The notes beneath the pieces were generated by a model that saw only the letters and a list, made by a program, of their open reading frames with translations, was not told the DNA's origin and did not search any database. Shown here piece by piece: positions 15,632-25,312 of a stretch of DNA of 64,000 nucleotides. The position numbers were made by a program, and so were the translations under genes. How positions within the stretch are numbered: position 1 is the stretch's first letter; the number at the start of each line of letters is the position of its first letter. Origin of the DNA: an uncultured virus (IMG/VR IMGVR_UViG_3300048839_001435) (taxonomy: Duplodnaviria > Heunggongvirae > Uroviricota > Caudoviricetes); IMG/VR virus record IMGVR_UViG_3300048839_001435; one strand, given 5' to 3'.

Positions 15632-16492
15632 ATGCTGCCGTTTGCTTGGGCCTCCGATGTCCACCTCGACCACTGCTCCGACGTCAACGCCTTGGCGTTT
15701 CTGAAGCAGGTCCAGACGGTCGACCACCTCGTCGTCACCGGCGACATCTCGACGGCAAGCCGGCTACTTCAGCACCTCGACGACATGCGCGTCATGGTCC
15801 CGAAGCTGTCGTTCGTCCTGGGCAACCACGACTACTACGGTAGCTACGTCGACAAGGTGCAGCAGGCGACGCGGTTGTGGGCGACCAAGCATGCGCCCGA
15901 CGTCACGTACCTCGACGCCAGCGCCGCCGTCGACCTCGGAGACGGTGCGTGGCTCGTCGGCGTCGACGGCTACGCCGACGGCCGCGCTGGGGATCTGTTC
16001 GCCTCGACGGTCTGGCTCAACGACTACGTCTTCTGCAAGACCTTCACGGGCTGCACGCCCGCGCGGCGTACCGATCTGCAGCGCGTCCTGCAGCAGCTCG
16101 CGGCCGAGAGCGTCACCAAGCTCACCAGCAAGCTGCTCGATCTCTTCGGCGAGCGCACGCCGCGGGCGGTCTACGTCGCCACGCACGCGCCGCCGTGGGA
16201 CGCCGCACACTGGTACAACGGCAACAAGGGCGATATGCACTGGGCGCCACACTTCGTCAACGTCGCGCTCGGGCGCGAGATCGAAGCGTGGGCGAAGCGC
16301 CACGCCTCGACGGAGTTCACGGTCGTCTGCGGACACACGCACGGTCCCGTACGAGCTGCGATCGCCCCGAACCTGACGTGTCTCGTGGCGTGGTCGCGCT
16401 ACGGCCAGCCCGTGTTGCAGAACCCCGCTACGCTGCCGTCACCGGCGGAGATCGCCGCCGCTCCGGCGGCCCACGTGAAGTACCGTCCGTGA
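15632..16492 (+). CDS. Calcineurin-like metallophosphoesterase
   Basis: SDVH, TGD, LGNHD, TH, CGHTH motifs. Confidence 0.92.
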   Translation: MLPFAWASDVHLDHCSDVNALAFLKQVQTVDHLVVTGDISTASRLLQHLDDMRVMVPKLSFVLGNHDYYGSYVDKVQQATRLWATKHAPDVTYLDASAAVDLGDGAWLVGVDGYADGRAGDLFASTVWLNDYVFCKTFTGCTPARRTDLQRVLQQLAAESVTKLTSKLLDLFGERTPRAVYVATHAPPWDAAHWYNGNKGDMHWAPHFVNVALGREIEAWAKRHASTEFTVVCGHTHGPVRAAIAPNLTCLVAWSRYGQPVLQNPATLPSPAEIAAAPAAHVKYRP

Positions 16493-16980
16493 ACGCACTC
16501 CTCGCCTACGCCGTGGCCGAGGTCACGCGGGACTACGACTACTTCGGCTACAGCGCCTACTTGGAGCGCAGCGTGGCCCGAACGCGACGCCGGGCGACGA
16601 CGGCATCTCAGACGACGCGCAGCAGCGCAGTCGACCCGATCCGGGTCGTGATCGTGGCGGGGGTTCCCGCCAGCGTCACGTACCGACTGGCATCGCGCCC
16701 GGAGGGCAGCCGCAGCCGCTCCGATCGCAGGTACAGCCAAAGCGTCGCGCGCGAGGACTCGTACGCCATCTCGCGGCACTGCGGCATCAGGGCGAGGTCG
16801 TTCTCGAACAGCGGCTTCGGCGATCTTCCAGCGGGCTCCATGGGCGGGCTCGCATGACGCCTGGCATGCGCGCGCTGATGGCGTACATCCATCCCGATCT
16901 GTACCGGAGGGCTACGACGTTCCGACGGGAAGATACGCGGTTAGCTACGTGCTGATCAACGGATACTGGAGAGGCTACGC

Positions 16981-17124
16981 CTAGCGCCGTTTCTTGAGGT
17001 ACGCCAGCGCCGCCGCAACACCGGCGACGGGGCCGAGCCAGGGCGTCAGCAACACGGCCGCTACGGTCGCGGCGGTCGCGCTGACGGTCACGACTGGGAT
17101 CGCATCTACGATCTGCTTGGCCAT
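16981..17124 (-). CDS. 47-aa membrane peptide with basic tail (MAKQIVDAIPVVTV...LAYLKKRR)
   Basis: Hand translation; TAGAAC -10-like box 6 nt before ATG. Confidence 0.6.
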   Translation of the reverse strand: MAKQIVDAIPVVTVSATAATVAAVLLTPWLGPVAGVAAALAYLKKRR

Positions 17125-17192
17125 CCTACGGTTCTAGCACGGTTCGCCTGCGGCGCTTGACGCGCGGACTTGTCGGGCGTATGACGTTAGCT

Positions 17193-17405
17193 ATGGTGTG
17201 CCAGTGCTACCAGATCGGCGGGCCGTTCATCGGCGAGGACCCCGACTGCCCGCTGCATGGCCACGAAGCTCACGCGCGTCAGACCGCCTCGCGCGCAGCC
17301 CTCGATGAACTCCGAGACGAGATCGCCGCGCTTCGGCAGGCGATCGACGAACTGCGCGCCGACAACGTCGAGCTGCGGACTCGGTTCCAGGCGATCTCGG
17401 TGTGA
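17193..17405 (+). CDS. Small protein with CxC...DPDCPLHG motif and coiled coil
   Basis: TTGACG-17 nt-TATGAC promoter (17157-17185) ends 7 nt before ATG. Confidence 0.7.
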   Translation: MVCQCYQIGGPFIGEDPDCPLHGHEAHARQTASRAALDELRDEIAALRQAIDELRADNVELRTRFQAISV

Positions 17406-17627
17406 CAGCTTACCTGCTGTTCGCGGAGCTGCGCTCGTTTGTCTCCGGCCGTTCTTGCCACGTTGGCATGACCTCGTGGAGTTGGAGCTGCGGAAGGTCT
17501 GCGATGCCTGTGGTGTGGTCGCTCGCGCGATCGGCGAACACGAACTACCGGTGGGTGATCGCATCGAGAAACTTCGACGTACTGAGTTGACATCGCCAGG
17601 CGATCGTATTACATCGTGGTCACCCCA

Positions 17628-18374
17628 ATGAGGAAGCAGAAGCTCAACCAGGTCATCGCCGTCGAGAAGGGCATCAAGACCCGCGTCTACGCGGAGTTCA
17701 CGGAGCTGCACAAGGCGACACAGAAGCAGGAGCTGCTCGACGGCTTCTCCAAGATCTACACCCCGAAGGAGGAAGGCGGCGACGTCTTGCCCCCGGAGAG
17801 CAAGAAGGTGCAGTACCAGGGCAGCCAGGTCATGCGCCAGGTCTCCAAGATCCTGGGGGAGCTGTTCGACGTGACCGCTCAGAAGGACTGGGCCAACTGC
17901 TCGGCGGCGGCCGACGTCGTCGTCGGCGACACCGTGATCGTCGCGAACGCCCCGCCGACCTTCCTGATGTTCCTCGACAAGCAGCTGAGCGACCTGCTCA
18001 AGTTCGTCTCCGCGTTCGGCGAGCTGGACGCCGCGGTCGACTGGAACTTCGACGGCGCCACCGGCCTGTACAAGAGCGAGCCGATCAAGACGCGGCGGGC
18101 CGAGAAGAAGAAGCGCGCCATCGTGCTCTACGACGCGACGGACAAGCACCCGGCGCAGACCCAGCTGATCGACGAGGACATCGTCGTCGGCTACTGGGAG
18201 ACGACCAAGTTCTCGGGCGCGCTGCCGCGCCCGGAGAAGATGGCGATCCTGGAGCGCATCCAGACCCTGCTCAACGCCGTGAAGCAGGCGCTGGAGGTCG
18301 CGAACCAGCAGGAGGCGCCGAGCCAGGCCGTCGCCATCCGGATCTTCGACTATCTCTTCGGAGGCAAGTTGTGA
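17628..18374 (+). CDS. Conserved uncharacterised helical protein (KLNQ.IAVEKG.K family)
   Basis: Strong codon bias; KLNQVIAVEKG, LPPESKKVQ, KDWAN, TDKHPAQTQ, VGYW...FSGALP motifs; TTGACA at 17587 and palindrome ATCGCC-A-GGCGAT upstream. Confidence 0.85.
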   Translation: MRKQKLNQVIAVEKGIKTRVYAEFTELHKATQKQELLDGFSKIYTPKEEGGDVLPPESKKVQYQGSQVMRQVSKILGELFDVTAQKDWANCSAAADVVVGDTVIVANAPPTFLMFLDKQLSDLLKFVSAFGELDAAVDWNFDGATGLYKSEPIKTRRAEKKKRAIVLYDATDKHPAQTQLIDEDIVVGYWETTKFSGALPRPEKMAILERIQTLLNAVKQALEVANQQEAPSQAVAIRIFDYLFGGKL

Positions 18375-18889
18375 CGTCGGCATGGCGCATCTTGGTTGTG
18401 ATGGTTGCGGTAGCAGCTTCGGCGGCCAGCGCCGGTAGCGCGGCCAAGAAGCGGGACATCGTCACGTCGGCACAGATCTCGGCGCCGTTCGACGTGGCGT
18501 GGGCTGCGGTGATTCGGGTCTTCGCGGAGCGCTCTTGGCCCATCAAAGTCATGGAGAAAGCCTCTGGCCTTGTCGCTACGGACGCAATGACAGTGCCGCA
18601 AGATCTCGCGGCGTTGGCTGACTGTGGGTCGTCCGGGCTGGACATCGATCAGAGTATGACGTTGACGATCAACGTATTTCTGACCACAGACGGCACGATC
18701 ACTGTGAACACAAAGTTCACGCGTCAGCGGCAATCAACGATCGACAAGTCGACGCGTACTGTCGAGTGCTTCTCGACGGGAGTCGTCGAAGAGGCCATCA
18801 TCTCCGCCGCCAGCCGCGCTGCGGCTTCGTCGACGGCGCAACCCTCGATCCTCGATGCGGGGGTTGAGAGTTCGGACGCCGCGCAGTAG
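18371..18889 (+). CDS. Secreted or periplasmic protein (BamC-like pattern)
   Basis: Signal peptide; PFD.AW.A.I..F...W.I...EKASG.V.T; weaker codon bias than neighbours. Confidence 0.65.
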   Translation: MTSAWRILVVMVAVAASAASAGSAAKKRDIVTSAQISAPFDVAWAAVIRVFAERSWPIKVMEKASGLVATDAMTVPQDLAALADCGSSGLDIDQSMTLTINVFLTTDGTITVNTKFTRQRQSTIDKSTRTVECFSTGVVEEAIISAASRAAASSTAQPSILDAGVESSDAAQ

Positions 18890-19355
18890 TTCTCCTCCGC
18901 GCGCTGTGCGCGCAGAAAGGTTTTCAGGGGTCATCCCCAAGCTGAACTTCAAGCTGATGCTGTTCGCGTACATTGCAGGTTCGACTCCTGCTCCCGGCTC
19001 CAAGGGTTCGTGCGTTCCGCCGGGGTGGCCAAACTGGTAAAGGCGTCGAGGGTATCCCCTCGTCCGTACGACGCGCAGCGCTCAACCGAAGCCTCAAGCT
19101 ATCGACCCCAAGCTAACAGGCCGACGACCTCGTCGTCTCTGACCGCTCCCCAATCCTGCTCAAGATGCTGGTTCAATTCCGGCTCTCTGCTCCACGCGCT
19201 CGCCGCCGAGCGCCCTCATGCAGAGATGGTCTAATGGCATGACGTGAGCACTAAGATCTCATCGGGGACAATTGCCGTCGACGAGTGAAGCAGAGGCCGG
19301 GAAATTAAACACCCGAATCAGGGGCTGCAGGACAGGATACGTTCTGTAGCTCCAC
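18890..19355 (+). ncRNA. Structured ncRNA with two circularly permuted tRNA-like domains (18975-19044 and 19157-19250); ends approximate
   Basis: T-arm plus TCCCGGC-T-CCA, then GCCGGGG plus D-arm; T-arm plus TCTCTGC-T-CCA, then GCAGAGA plus D-arm; closing hairpin 19321-19353. Confidence 0.8.
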
Positions 19356-19421
19356 TAGGGCCCGCCGCGGGCGCGACAGCCGCGCCGCGCGTACCTCGAA
19401 GGTAGTGAGGCCCACCAGACG

Positions 19422-21431
19422 CTAGTAGATCGGGCCCCAGATGATCAGGGACTCGACGATGCCCTCGATGTGGGCGGTGTACGTGTGGCGCATGCCCGGG
19501 TAGATCCGGTTGGCCGCAGCGCCAGTTGCCCACGGAGCTGCGGCGACTACGGCGCCCGTGACGTAGTAGCTTTCATCGACCTGTGCTCTGTCGTAGATGC
19601 CGCCGTTGGGCAGCTCGCGGGTGGCCTCCCACGAGTCCGCGTAGAGCGTCTCGACCCGGTTGTCGGCGAGATCTGGCAGCGTGAGCTGCGAAACGATCAC
19701 GCCGGCGTTGTCGAAGATCCGCTCCTCGTTCTGGACGAGGGACGTCAGCGCGTCGCGCTGGATGAAGTGGCGGTCCTCGTTGCCGGCCCCTGCGTTCGTG
19801 GTGAACACGAAAGCGCCTGTGCTTGGGACCTCCGCCGCCCAGCCGATGACGTAGGTCTCGATACGACCGCCATCGGGGTCGTAGACCGCGTTGCCGGCGT
19901 TGTCGATGTACCACTCGACATCGTCCTTGTTCAGCAACGTCGAGGACTGCGGCATGTACGACGTCAACGAGCCGTACTCTGCCTGGGCGAACGTCGCGAA
20001 GATCGACTGCCCCGAAGTGTCGATCTCGATGAGGATGCGTGTCGTGGTCGTCGGCGCAGTGAACTGCAGCGTGATGCGCTCCCAGGTCGATGTCGCCGAG
20101 AAGACGACGGACCCAAGCTCGGCGGACGTGTCGGTTCGGATCGCGACGAGGCGCCCAGACACGTTGCTACCGCCGTTGCGGCGCACGAAGATCGAGTGCG
20201 TGTGGATTTCGTTGATCTCGCTGGTGTAGTCCTGGCGTGCGAAGCCGTTGTCCGCCGTCGCGGTGATGCTCGCTGCGCCGTTGAACCCGGCTGGGTCTGT
20301 TCCAGCGTTCTGGGCCGTCGTCGCGTTGGTCTTCGTCCACGCGGCGTTGCTCAAGTCGTCGGTGCGCAGCAGCCGGTTGCGCTTCTGCAAGTTGATCGCG
20401 CCCGTGCTGCTGCTGCTCGATGTCCCGCGTTCGGCCTGAACTCCCAGTTGCTGCGTCGACCGCGTCGCGTTCGGCGAGTAGGCGTGAGCAAACTGGACGA
20501 AGTTCGTCACGTTGCCGCCGGCGTAGAATTGGACGAGGTCGCCCAACCCTGTACGCCCCACGACGGGCGCAGTCATGTTGTAGCGGACGTAGTGGGCGAA
20601 GTTCGAGGGGGTCCGGCTCCACGTGTCCAGCTCGTTGAGGTCCGTCACCGTGAAGGCTTCCGCCTCAGCGCCAGTGAACACGCCCCACTGGATGATCTGC
20701 AGCAGCTCACACGAGAACAAGAACGGCATACCCCCAACGCGGAACGGCGTCGCGCTCGACTTGGAGCCGGCGGGCATCACGATGGCAGGACTCGCCACGC
20801 GGTAGGCGAAGATCTCGGCGTTCCCGGTCGTGAGGTTCATCTTCAAGGCGACCCACTGCGGCGCGCCATTGGCGACGCTATCGTAGGTCGTGGTGATGCC
20901 TGGTCCCGAGACCGTGACGACCGACGCGCCGTCGGCGATCAGCGCCGTCGGGGATCCTCCCGACGACATGTACAGGTAGTAGCCAGGCGTCGCGGCAGCG
21001 TTCGAGGTGTCCTTGCCGATGAAGCCGCGGTTCGCGCTGGGCGGGCGCAGCAGCCGCACGTTCAGGACGAACGTCAACGACTGGGTCAAATCGTAGAGCG
21101 TGTTGTTCGACGCGAAGAAGCTCTGCGGCGTGGCGTCGGTTCCGACGAACTCGACGGCACGGAATCCGCTGGTCATGTCCGTACCGTTCCAGCCTGGACA
21201 CGTCTGTTGAAACCGAAACGACCCGGCGCCTTTGGTCAGCACCGTTCCGTTGACGCCGGTCCAATCACCGCTGGCCAGGTTCCCCAGGTACCACTCCGTC
21301 GGAGTGCGTCCGCATTGCGCCGCGACTGCGGCCGTCGAGGCGTACAGCTGCTGCACCGTCGGCGTCACGAAGTCCGAGACGAACAGGCGCGCTTCACTGC
21401 GGCGCTGGAATGGGAACGGCAAGCCCAGCAT
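19422..21431 (-). CDS. Putative spike or receptor-binding protein with LamG-like and carbohydrate-binding-like beta domains
   Basis: Beta-rich; NRLLRTDDLSNAAWTK..AT...DPAG motif typical of virion fibre proteins. Confidence 0.7.
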   Translation of the reverse strand: MLGLPFPFQRRSEARLFVSDFVTPTVQQLYASTAAVAAQCGRTPTEWYLGNLASGDWTGVNGTVLTKGAGSFRFQQTCPGWNGTDMTSGFRAVEFVGTDATPQSFFASNNTLYDLTQSLTFVLNVRLLRPPSANRGFIGKDTSNAAATPGYYLYMSSGGSPTALIADGASVVTVSGPGITTTYDSVANGAPQWVALKMNLTTGNAEIFAYRVASPAIVMPAGSKSSATPFRVGGMPFLFSCELLQIIQWGVFTGAEAEAFTVTDLNELDTWSRTPSNFAHYVRYNMTAPVVGRTGLGDLVQFYAGGNVTNFVQFAHAYSPNATRSTQQLGVQAERGTSSSSSTGAINLQKRNRLLRTDDLSNAAWTKTNATTAQNAGTDPAGFNGAASITATADNGFARQDYTSEINEIHTHSIFVRRNGGSNVSGRLVAIRTDTSAELGSVVFSATSTWERITLQFTAPTTTTRILIEIDTSGQSIFATFAQAEYGSLTSYMPQSSTLLNKDDVEWYIDNAGNAVYDPDGGRIETYVIGWAAEVPSTGAFVFTTNAGAGNEDRHFIQRDALTSLVQNEERIFDNAGVIVSQLTLPDLADNRVETLYADSWEATRELPNGGIYDRAQVDESYYVTGAVVAAAPWATGAAANRIYPGMRHTYTAHIEGIVESLIIWGPIY

Positions 21432-21808
21432 CACGCGGGTCCGTATCCGGTGGCGTACGAGCAGTCGATCTTGGTGACGGTGGTGGCGATGCACTGGATG
21501 ACCGCACGGACGCCGGCACCGAACGCCGTGAGGTCCGGCGCGCCGTACGAGCCGAAGTCGTACGCTGCGGCGAACGTCAACGCGCGATTGCCGACGCCAT
21601 CTTGGATGATCTCCAGCACCCACTCGTCCCCTTCGACGAGGTCGGTTGGGACGCCAAGCTGGGTCGTAGCGCCGCCAAGGGTCAGGGCGAATCGCGAGTT
21701 GATGTCCAGCGCGTACGTCGAGACGCCTCCGCTGACGTAAGCGATCGTTGTCTTCGGGGCTCGAATCCGCCCGACTTGCAAGCTATCGACGGCGAACAGT
21801 TTGCTCAT
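21431..21808 (-). CDS. Small fibre-associated structural protein
   Basis: LEIIQDGVGNRALTF motif; TAGACT -10 box on the minus strand at 21826-21821. Confidence 0.7.
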   Translation of the reverse strand: MSKLFAVDSLQVGRIRAPKTTIAYVSGGVSTYALDINSRFALTLGGATTQLGVPTDLVEGDEWVLEIIQDGVGNRALTFAAAYDFGSYGAPDLTAFGAGVRAVIQCIATTVTKIDCSYATGYGPA

Positions 21809-21840
21809 GGCCCGAGAGGTAGTCTACCACTGTTTGGCGT

Positions 21841-21867
21841 GATCCCGGCTGCGATCCGCGCTAGCTT
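21841..21867 (+). promoter_or_regulatory. GATC box (GATCCCGGCTGCGATC) plus -10 TAGCTT; shared by divergent genes
   Basis: -10 ends 6 nt before ATG 21874. Confidence 0.75.
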
Positions 21868-21873
21868 TGGGGC

Positions 21874-22626
21874 ATGAGCGACCCCAAGGCCATCAACTTC
21901 GACAAGGCAATCGCCTACAACGACAAGCAGATCGCCTCGGGGGCGTTCACGCCCGAGATGATCGCGACGCTGGTCGCCGCGTGGCAGAGCGCGCACGGCC
22001 TCGACGCCGATGGCATGTGCGGACCTGCGACGCAGTCCAGCATCACGACGCTGATCGACGATCGTACGGAGGCGCCGCCACCGAAGTGGGCTCCGTTCGA
22101 CGGGCCTCTGGCGCGGCAGCCTCAGACGCGCCGCGAGGTCTACGAGGTCTTCGGCAACCCGGGCACCGGCGCAGTCGACGGCGCGTGGGAGAAGGCCAAC
22201 ATCATCACGACGCGGACGCTCCCGGGCATCCCGTCGAAGTGGTACTTCCAGTGCCACCGGCTCGTCGAGCCGTACCTGCGTGAAGGCTTGCGCCGCGCTC
22301 AGCTCGCAGCCCCCGACTACAAGATCGAGCGCGCAGCGTCGTTCGTGTTCCGCCACCAGCGCTACGACGCCTCCCGGCCGCTGAGCTACCACAGCTGGGG
22401 CATCGCGATCGACATCGACGCCGACCGCAACTTCGCCAAGACGTTCTCGCCCGCGGCGAAGACCCCCGAGCCGTGGTCGCCGGAGTGGATGAAGATCTGG
22501 CCGAAGGGCTTGCCTCAGGCGTTCATCGAGGCGATGGAATCCGTCGGGTTCGTCTGGGGCGGGCGCTGGAAGGGCTTCTGCGATCCGATGCACCTGGAGT
22601 GGGTCGATGGCGCTGTCCCCGTCTGA
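21874..22626 (+). CDS. Endolysin: peptidoglycan-binding domain plus M15-family peptidase
   Basis: WQSAHGLDADGMCGPAT; SYHSWGIAIDI; GFVWGGRW...DPMHLE. Confidence 0.92.
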   Translation: MSDPKAINFDKAIAYNDKQIASGAFTPEMIATLVAAWQSAHGLDADGMCGPATQSSITTLIDDRTEAPPPKWAPFDGPLARQPQTRREVYEVFGNPGTGAVDGAWEKANIITTRTLPGIPSKWYFQCHRLVEPYLREGLRRAQLAAPDYKIERAASFVFRHQRYDASRPLSYHSWGIAIDIDADRNFAKTFSPAAKTPEPWSPEWMKIWPKGLPQAFIEAMESVGFVWGGRWKGFCDPMHLEWVDGAVPV

Positions 22627-22987
22627 AGTCCGCTGTTTCGCCACGGGATACTGCGCCGAGTATGCCGTGGCGCTGCAGGAGGTTGTCGGAGGACGCCTGT
22701 ACGCGGTCCGGTGCCACTTCCCGCCCGCGGACGACTTCGACGAAGGGCCTAACTACACAATCGCGCATGTGTTTGTGTCGCGCGATCGTGGAATCACCGG
22801 CATCGATGTCTACGGACGGCGACAGGTGGCGAAGATCCTGGCTGCGACGATGTGTGCCCTCGGATCGACGCACTTGGATGTGATCCCAACGTCGAGGGCT
22901 GACGTTGACTTCGAGATGGGCCTCGAAGACGAGGCGATCGCTGCCGCGAGAAACTTGGTTCGTCAGGGCCTGGAGGCGAAACTGTGA
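22607..22987 (+). CDS. Hypothetical protein with possible Cys-His-Asp triad (papain/transglutaminase-like)
   Basis: GYCAEYAVAL...HVFV...IDVYG. Confidence 0.55.
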   Translation: MALSPSEVRCFATGYCAEYAVALQEVVGGRLYAVRCHFPPADDFDEGPNYTIAHVFVSRDRGITGIDVYGRRQVAKILAATMCALGSTHLDVIPTSRADVDFEMGLEDEAIAAARNLVRQGLEAKL

Positions 22988-22999
22988 ATCGGTAGCTGG

Positions 23000-23566
23000 T
23001 CAGGCGGCCTTGGCGACGACGCCGTTCATGAGGCCGTGGGCCTTCAGCGCGTTCAGCGCGATGTGATACTCGCGCCGGTCGCTCTTCGAGGTAGCGACGA
23101 TGTCGCAGAGCGCCTTGACAGCCCACGTCGGCGTGTTCGGCTGCCGCTGCGGCACCCGCAGCTTCAGCCGGTGGGCGATGGCGTGCACGGCCCGACGAGC
23201 CGCAGCGCCGGACGGGATCCTCCCGTCCAGCTCGGCCACGACCGCAGTGATCAGCGCGTTGAGGGCTCGCGGCGAGGCGTTCAGCTTCGCGACGCGGTTG
23301 ATCTCGTAGGTCACCGACAGCCCCATGCGGACGATCAGGTTGGTACTGACGTACTTCAGGGCGTCCTTGAACGCCTTGTAGTGGCCGACGTTGATGCCCT
23401 CTTCGCGGAGCAGCTGCTCGAACTGCTTCGCCTTGGACTGCCACAGCTCGGGGTAGTTGGCCAGCTCCACGCAGGTGCTGTAGGCGGCGACGATCGACGG
23501 CTGGCTTCCGGCCAGGCCATCCCGGATCCTCGTGAGGTAGACGTTCAGCTGCTTGTTGCGGCTCAT
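23000..23566 (-). CDS. Hypothetical helical protein
   Basis: ATG at 23566; good codon bias. Confidence 0.7.
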   Translation of the reverse strand: MSRNKQLNVYLTRIRDGLAGSQPSIVAAYSTCVELANYPELWQSKAKQFEQLLREEGINVGHYKAFKDALKYVSTNLIVRMGLSVTYEINRVAKLNASPRALNALITAVVAELDGRIPSGAAARRAVHAIAHRLKLRVPQRQPNTPTWAVKALCDIVATSKSDRREYHIALNALKAHGLMNGVVAKAA

Positions 23567-23631
23567 GAGGTCAGACGCTACCACGCCTGTATGACACCGC
23601 GTCAAGTACGGTGTACGACAGTTGATCGTTG

Positions 23632-24282
23632 CTACGGAGTCGTCGTCGGAGGCGTCGGCCGGGTCCAGAGGACCTTGGTCGCGCTGCGCGTCGCCGACTG
23701 CCGCCGCTGCTTCTGCAGCTCGTGCGCCTTGGCTTCGAGCTGCCGCTCGACCAGCTCCATCATCGTCCACGACCGGATCCCGCCCGTCTTGCCGCCGAGC
23801 CGATCGATGTGGAAGTCGATCAGCGGCTTCTCGCCTTCGCTGTACAGCGTGCCGTTGTGGTACCAGCACTGGAGCACGCCCATGATGCTCTGGTCGAGGA
23901 TGGCGAGCGCGACGAGAGCGATCGCCTTCTCCTTGGGCCACGTCACCACCAGCGTCGACGCCGTCACCCAGGGCAGCCGACACAGCAGCCGGTTGCCGCT
24001 CCACATCCAGTCGGGGGGCGACATCAGGTCGCGCATCGCGATGCCGTGGTAGTGCGCCATCTCGACGATGGCCTCCGAGATCGACGTCGGCACCTGGTAC
24101 AGCTTGCGGGGCGTCCTGGCGTCCTCCAGGTCAGCCTCGCTGTCGCCGGCGCGGTCGTCGATCTCGGGTGGCGTCACCGACGCAGGTTCGGCCGCATCGG
24201 CGTCGTCTTCGTCGGGGTCTTGCGGAACAGCGTGAACTTGGACTTGGATCGGCTGTGCAAAGACCACGGCGGCTTGGGACAT
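23632..24282 (-). CDS. Hypothetical protein
   Basis: ATG at 24282 (MSQAAVV) with TAGACT 8 nt upstream. Confidence 0.7.
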   Translation of the reverse strand: MSQAAVVFAQPIQVQVHAVPQDPDEDDADAAEPASVTPPEIDDRAGDSEADLEDARTPRKLYQVPTSISEAIVEMAHYHGIAMRDLMSPPDWMWSGNRLLCRLPWVTASTLVVTWPKEKAIALVALAILDQSIMGVLQCWYHNGTLYSEGEKPLIDFHIDRLGGKTGGIRSWTMMELVERQLEAKAHELQKQRRQSATRSATKVLWTRPTPPTTTP

Positions 24283-24364
24283 GGGCAGGCAGTCTACCCG
24301 CAGGGGCTGACAGCCGGCTACGCCGAAGCTGTAACTGATGGTCGCGCCTCGGTTTCGATCAGTA

Positions 24365-24391
24365 GATCGCTGCTGCGATCGATGGTAGTGT
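24365..24391 (+). promoter_or_regulatory. GATC box (GATCGCTGCTGCGATC) plus -10 TAGTGT
   Basis: -10 ends 6 nt before ATG 24398. Confidence 0.75.
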
Positions 24392-24397
24392 CGGGGC

Positions 24398-25306
24398 ATG
24401 GCGGAGATGACCCAAGCCCAGGCTGCGCAGGTCCAGCAGATCTGCGATCTCATCGAGTCCAGCCGGCTGCGGCTGAAGAACATCGCGAAGAACCTGGAGG
24501 TCTTGGTCAAGGCAGGGCGGGCCACCTGCGAGGAGCTGCGCGCCTACAACCTGTGGGCGCTCGCGGTCTACCAGACCAACAAGGGCCAGCTCCAAGTCGC
24601 GCGCAACGCCGGCGCGACCAACCTGCCGATCCTGCCGCCGTCGCCGGCGCTGTTCGTCTACCGCGGCATCGGCGGCCAGAACGCCGCCAACTTCCCCTGC
24701 GACAACAACCCCAAGACCCTCTCGGGAGCGCTCGCGGACGCGCTCACGGCACCCGAGAAGGGCTTCTTCATCAACCCGAACGCGGTCGAGATCATCCCGG
24801 CCGGCGCCGAGATCGGGCCGCTCCCCGAGGGGCCGTCGCTGCACCAGATCGAACAGCAACTCGGCGTTCCGCTCCCGTGGGGGGCGATCATCGTCGTCGG
24901 CCTGATCGTCGCCGGCGCGGCGACCGTCGCGGTCTTCAGCTACCTGGAGACGCAGTCGATCAGCGAGCGCACCGCGAAAGTCTCCGACGACAACCTCAAG
25001 ACGTTCGAGACGGCTGCTGACCTGCGCGCCAAGTGCTTGCAGATGTGCATCGACGCCGGCGGCTCGCCGGAGTCGTGCATCGGCAAGTGCTCCAACGTCA
25101 TTCCGGTGCCACGGGCTCCGGGAGAAGCTGGCGGCAGCAGCGGCCTCGGCTTCTGGATGTGGATGGGCATCGGCGTCGCTGGCATCATCGGCGCGCGCTA
25201 CGCCTACCGTCGCTGGCAGGACAAGCGCGCGACGGGCGGAGGGCTGCCCGCCGACATCGGCGACGACGACGAAGATTTGACGCCGGCGCGCCGGCGTGGG
25301 ATCTAG
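24398..25306 (+). CDS. Two-TM membrane protein with Cys-rich loop, putative virion membrane protein
   Basis: TM helices WGAIIVVGLIVAGAATVAVF and GFWMWMGIGVAGIIGA; CxxxC...CxxxC. Confidence 0.75.
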   Translation: MAEMTQAQAAQVQQICDLIESSRLRLKNIAKNLEVLVKAGRATCEELRAYNLWALAVYQTNKGQLQVARNAGATNLPILPPSPALFVYRGIGGQNAANFPCDNNPKTLSGALADALTAPEKGFFINPNAVEIIPAGAEIGPLPEGPSLHQIEQQLGVPLPWGAIIVVGLIVAGAATVAVFSYLETQSISERTAKVSDDNLKTFETAADLRAKCLQMCIDAGGSPESCIGKCSNVIPVPRAPGEAGGSSGLGFWMWMGIGVAGIIGARYAYRRWQDKRATGGGLPADIGDDDEDLTPARRRGI

Positions 25307-25312
25307 GGGGCC

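Noticed and set aside
18890..19355. Canonical tmRNA or intron-containing tRNA
   Set aside because: No G3:U70/A73 Ala identity or AA-ending tag. Pairing 19019 with 19190 as a normal tRNA gives a mismatched acceptor, whereas both permuted pairings are fully paired
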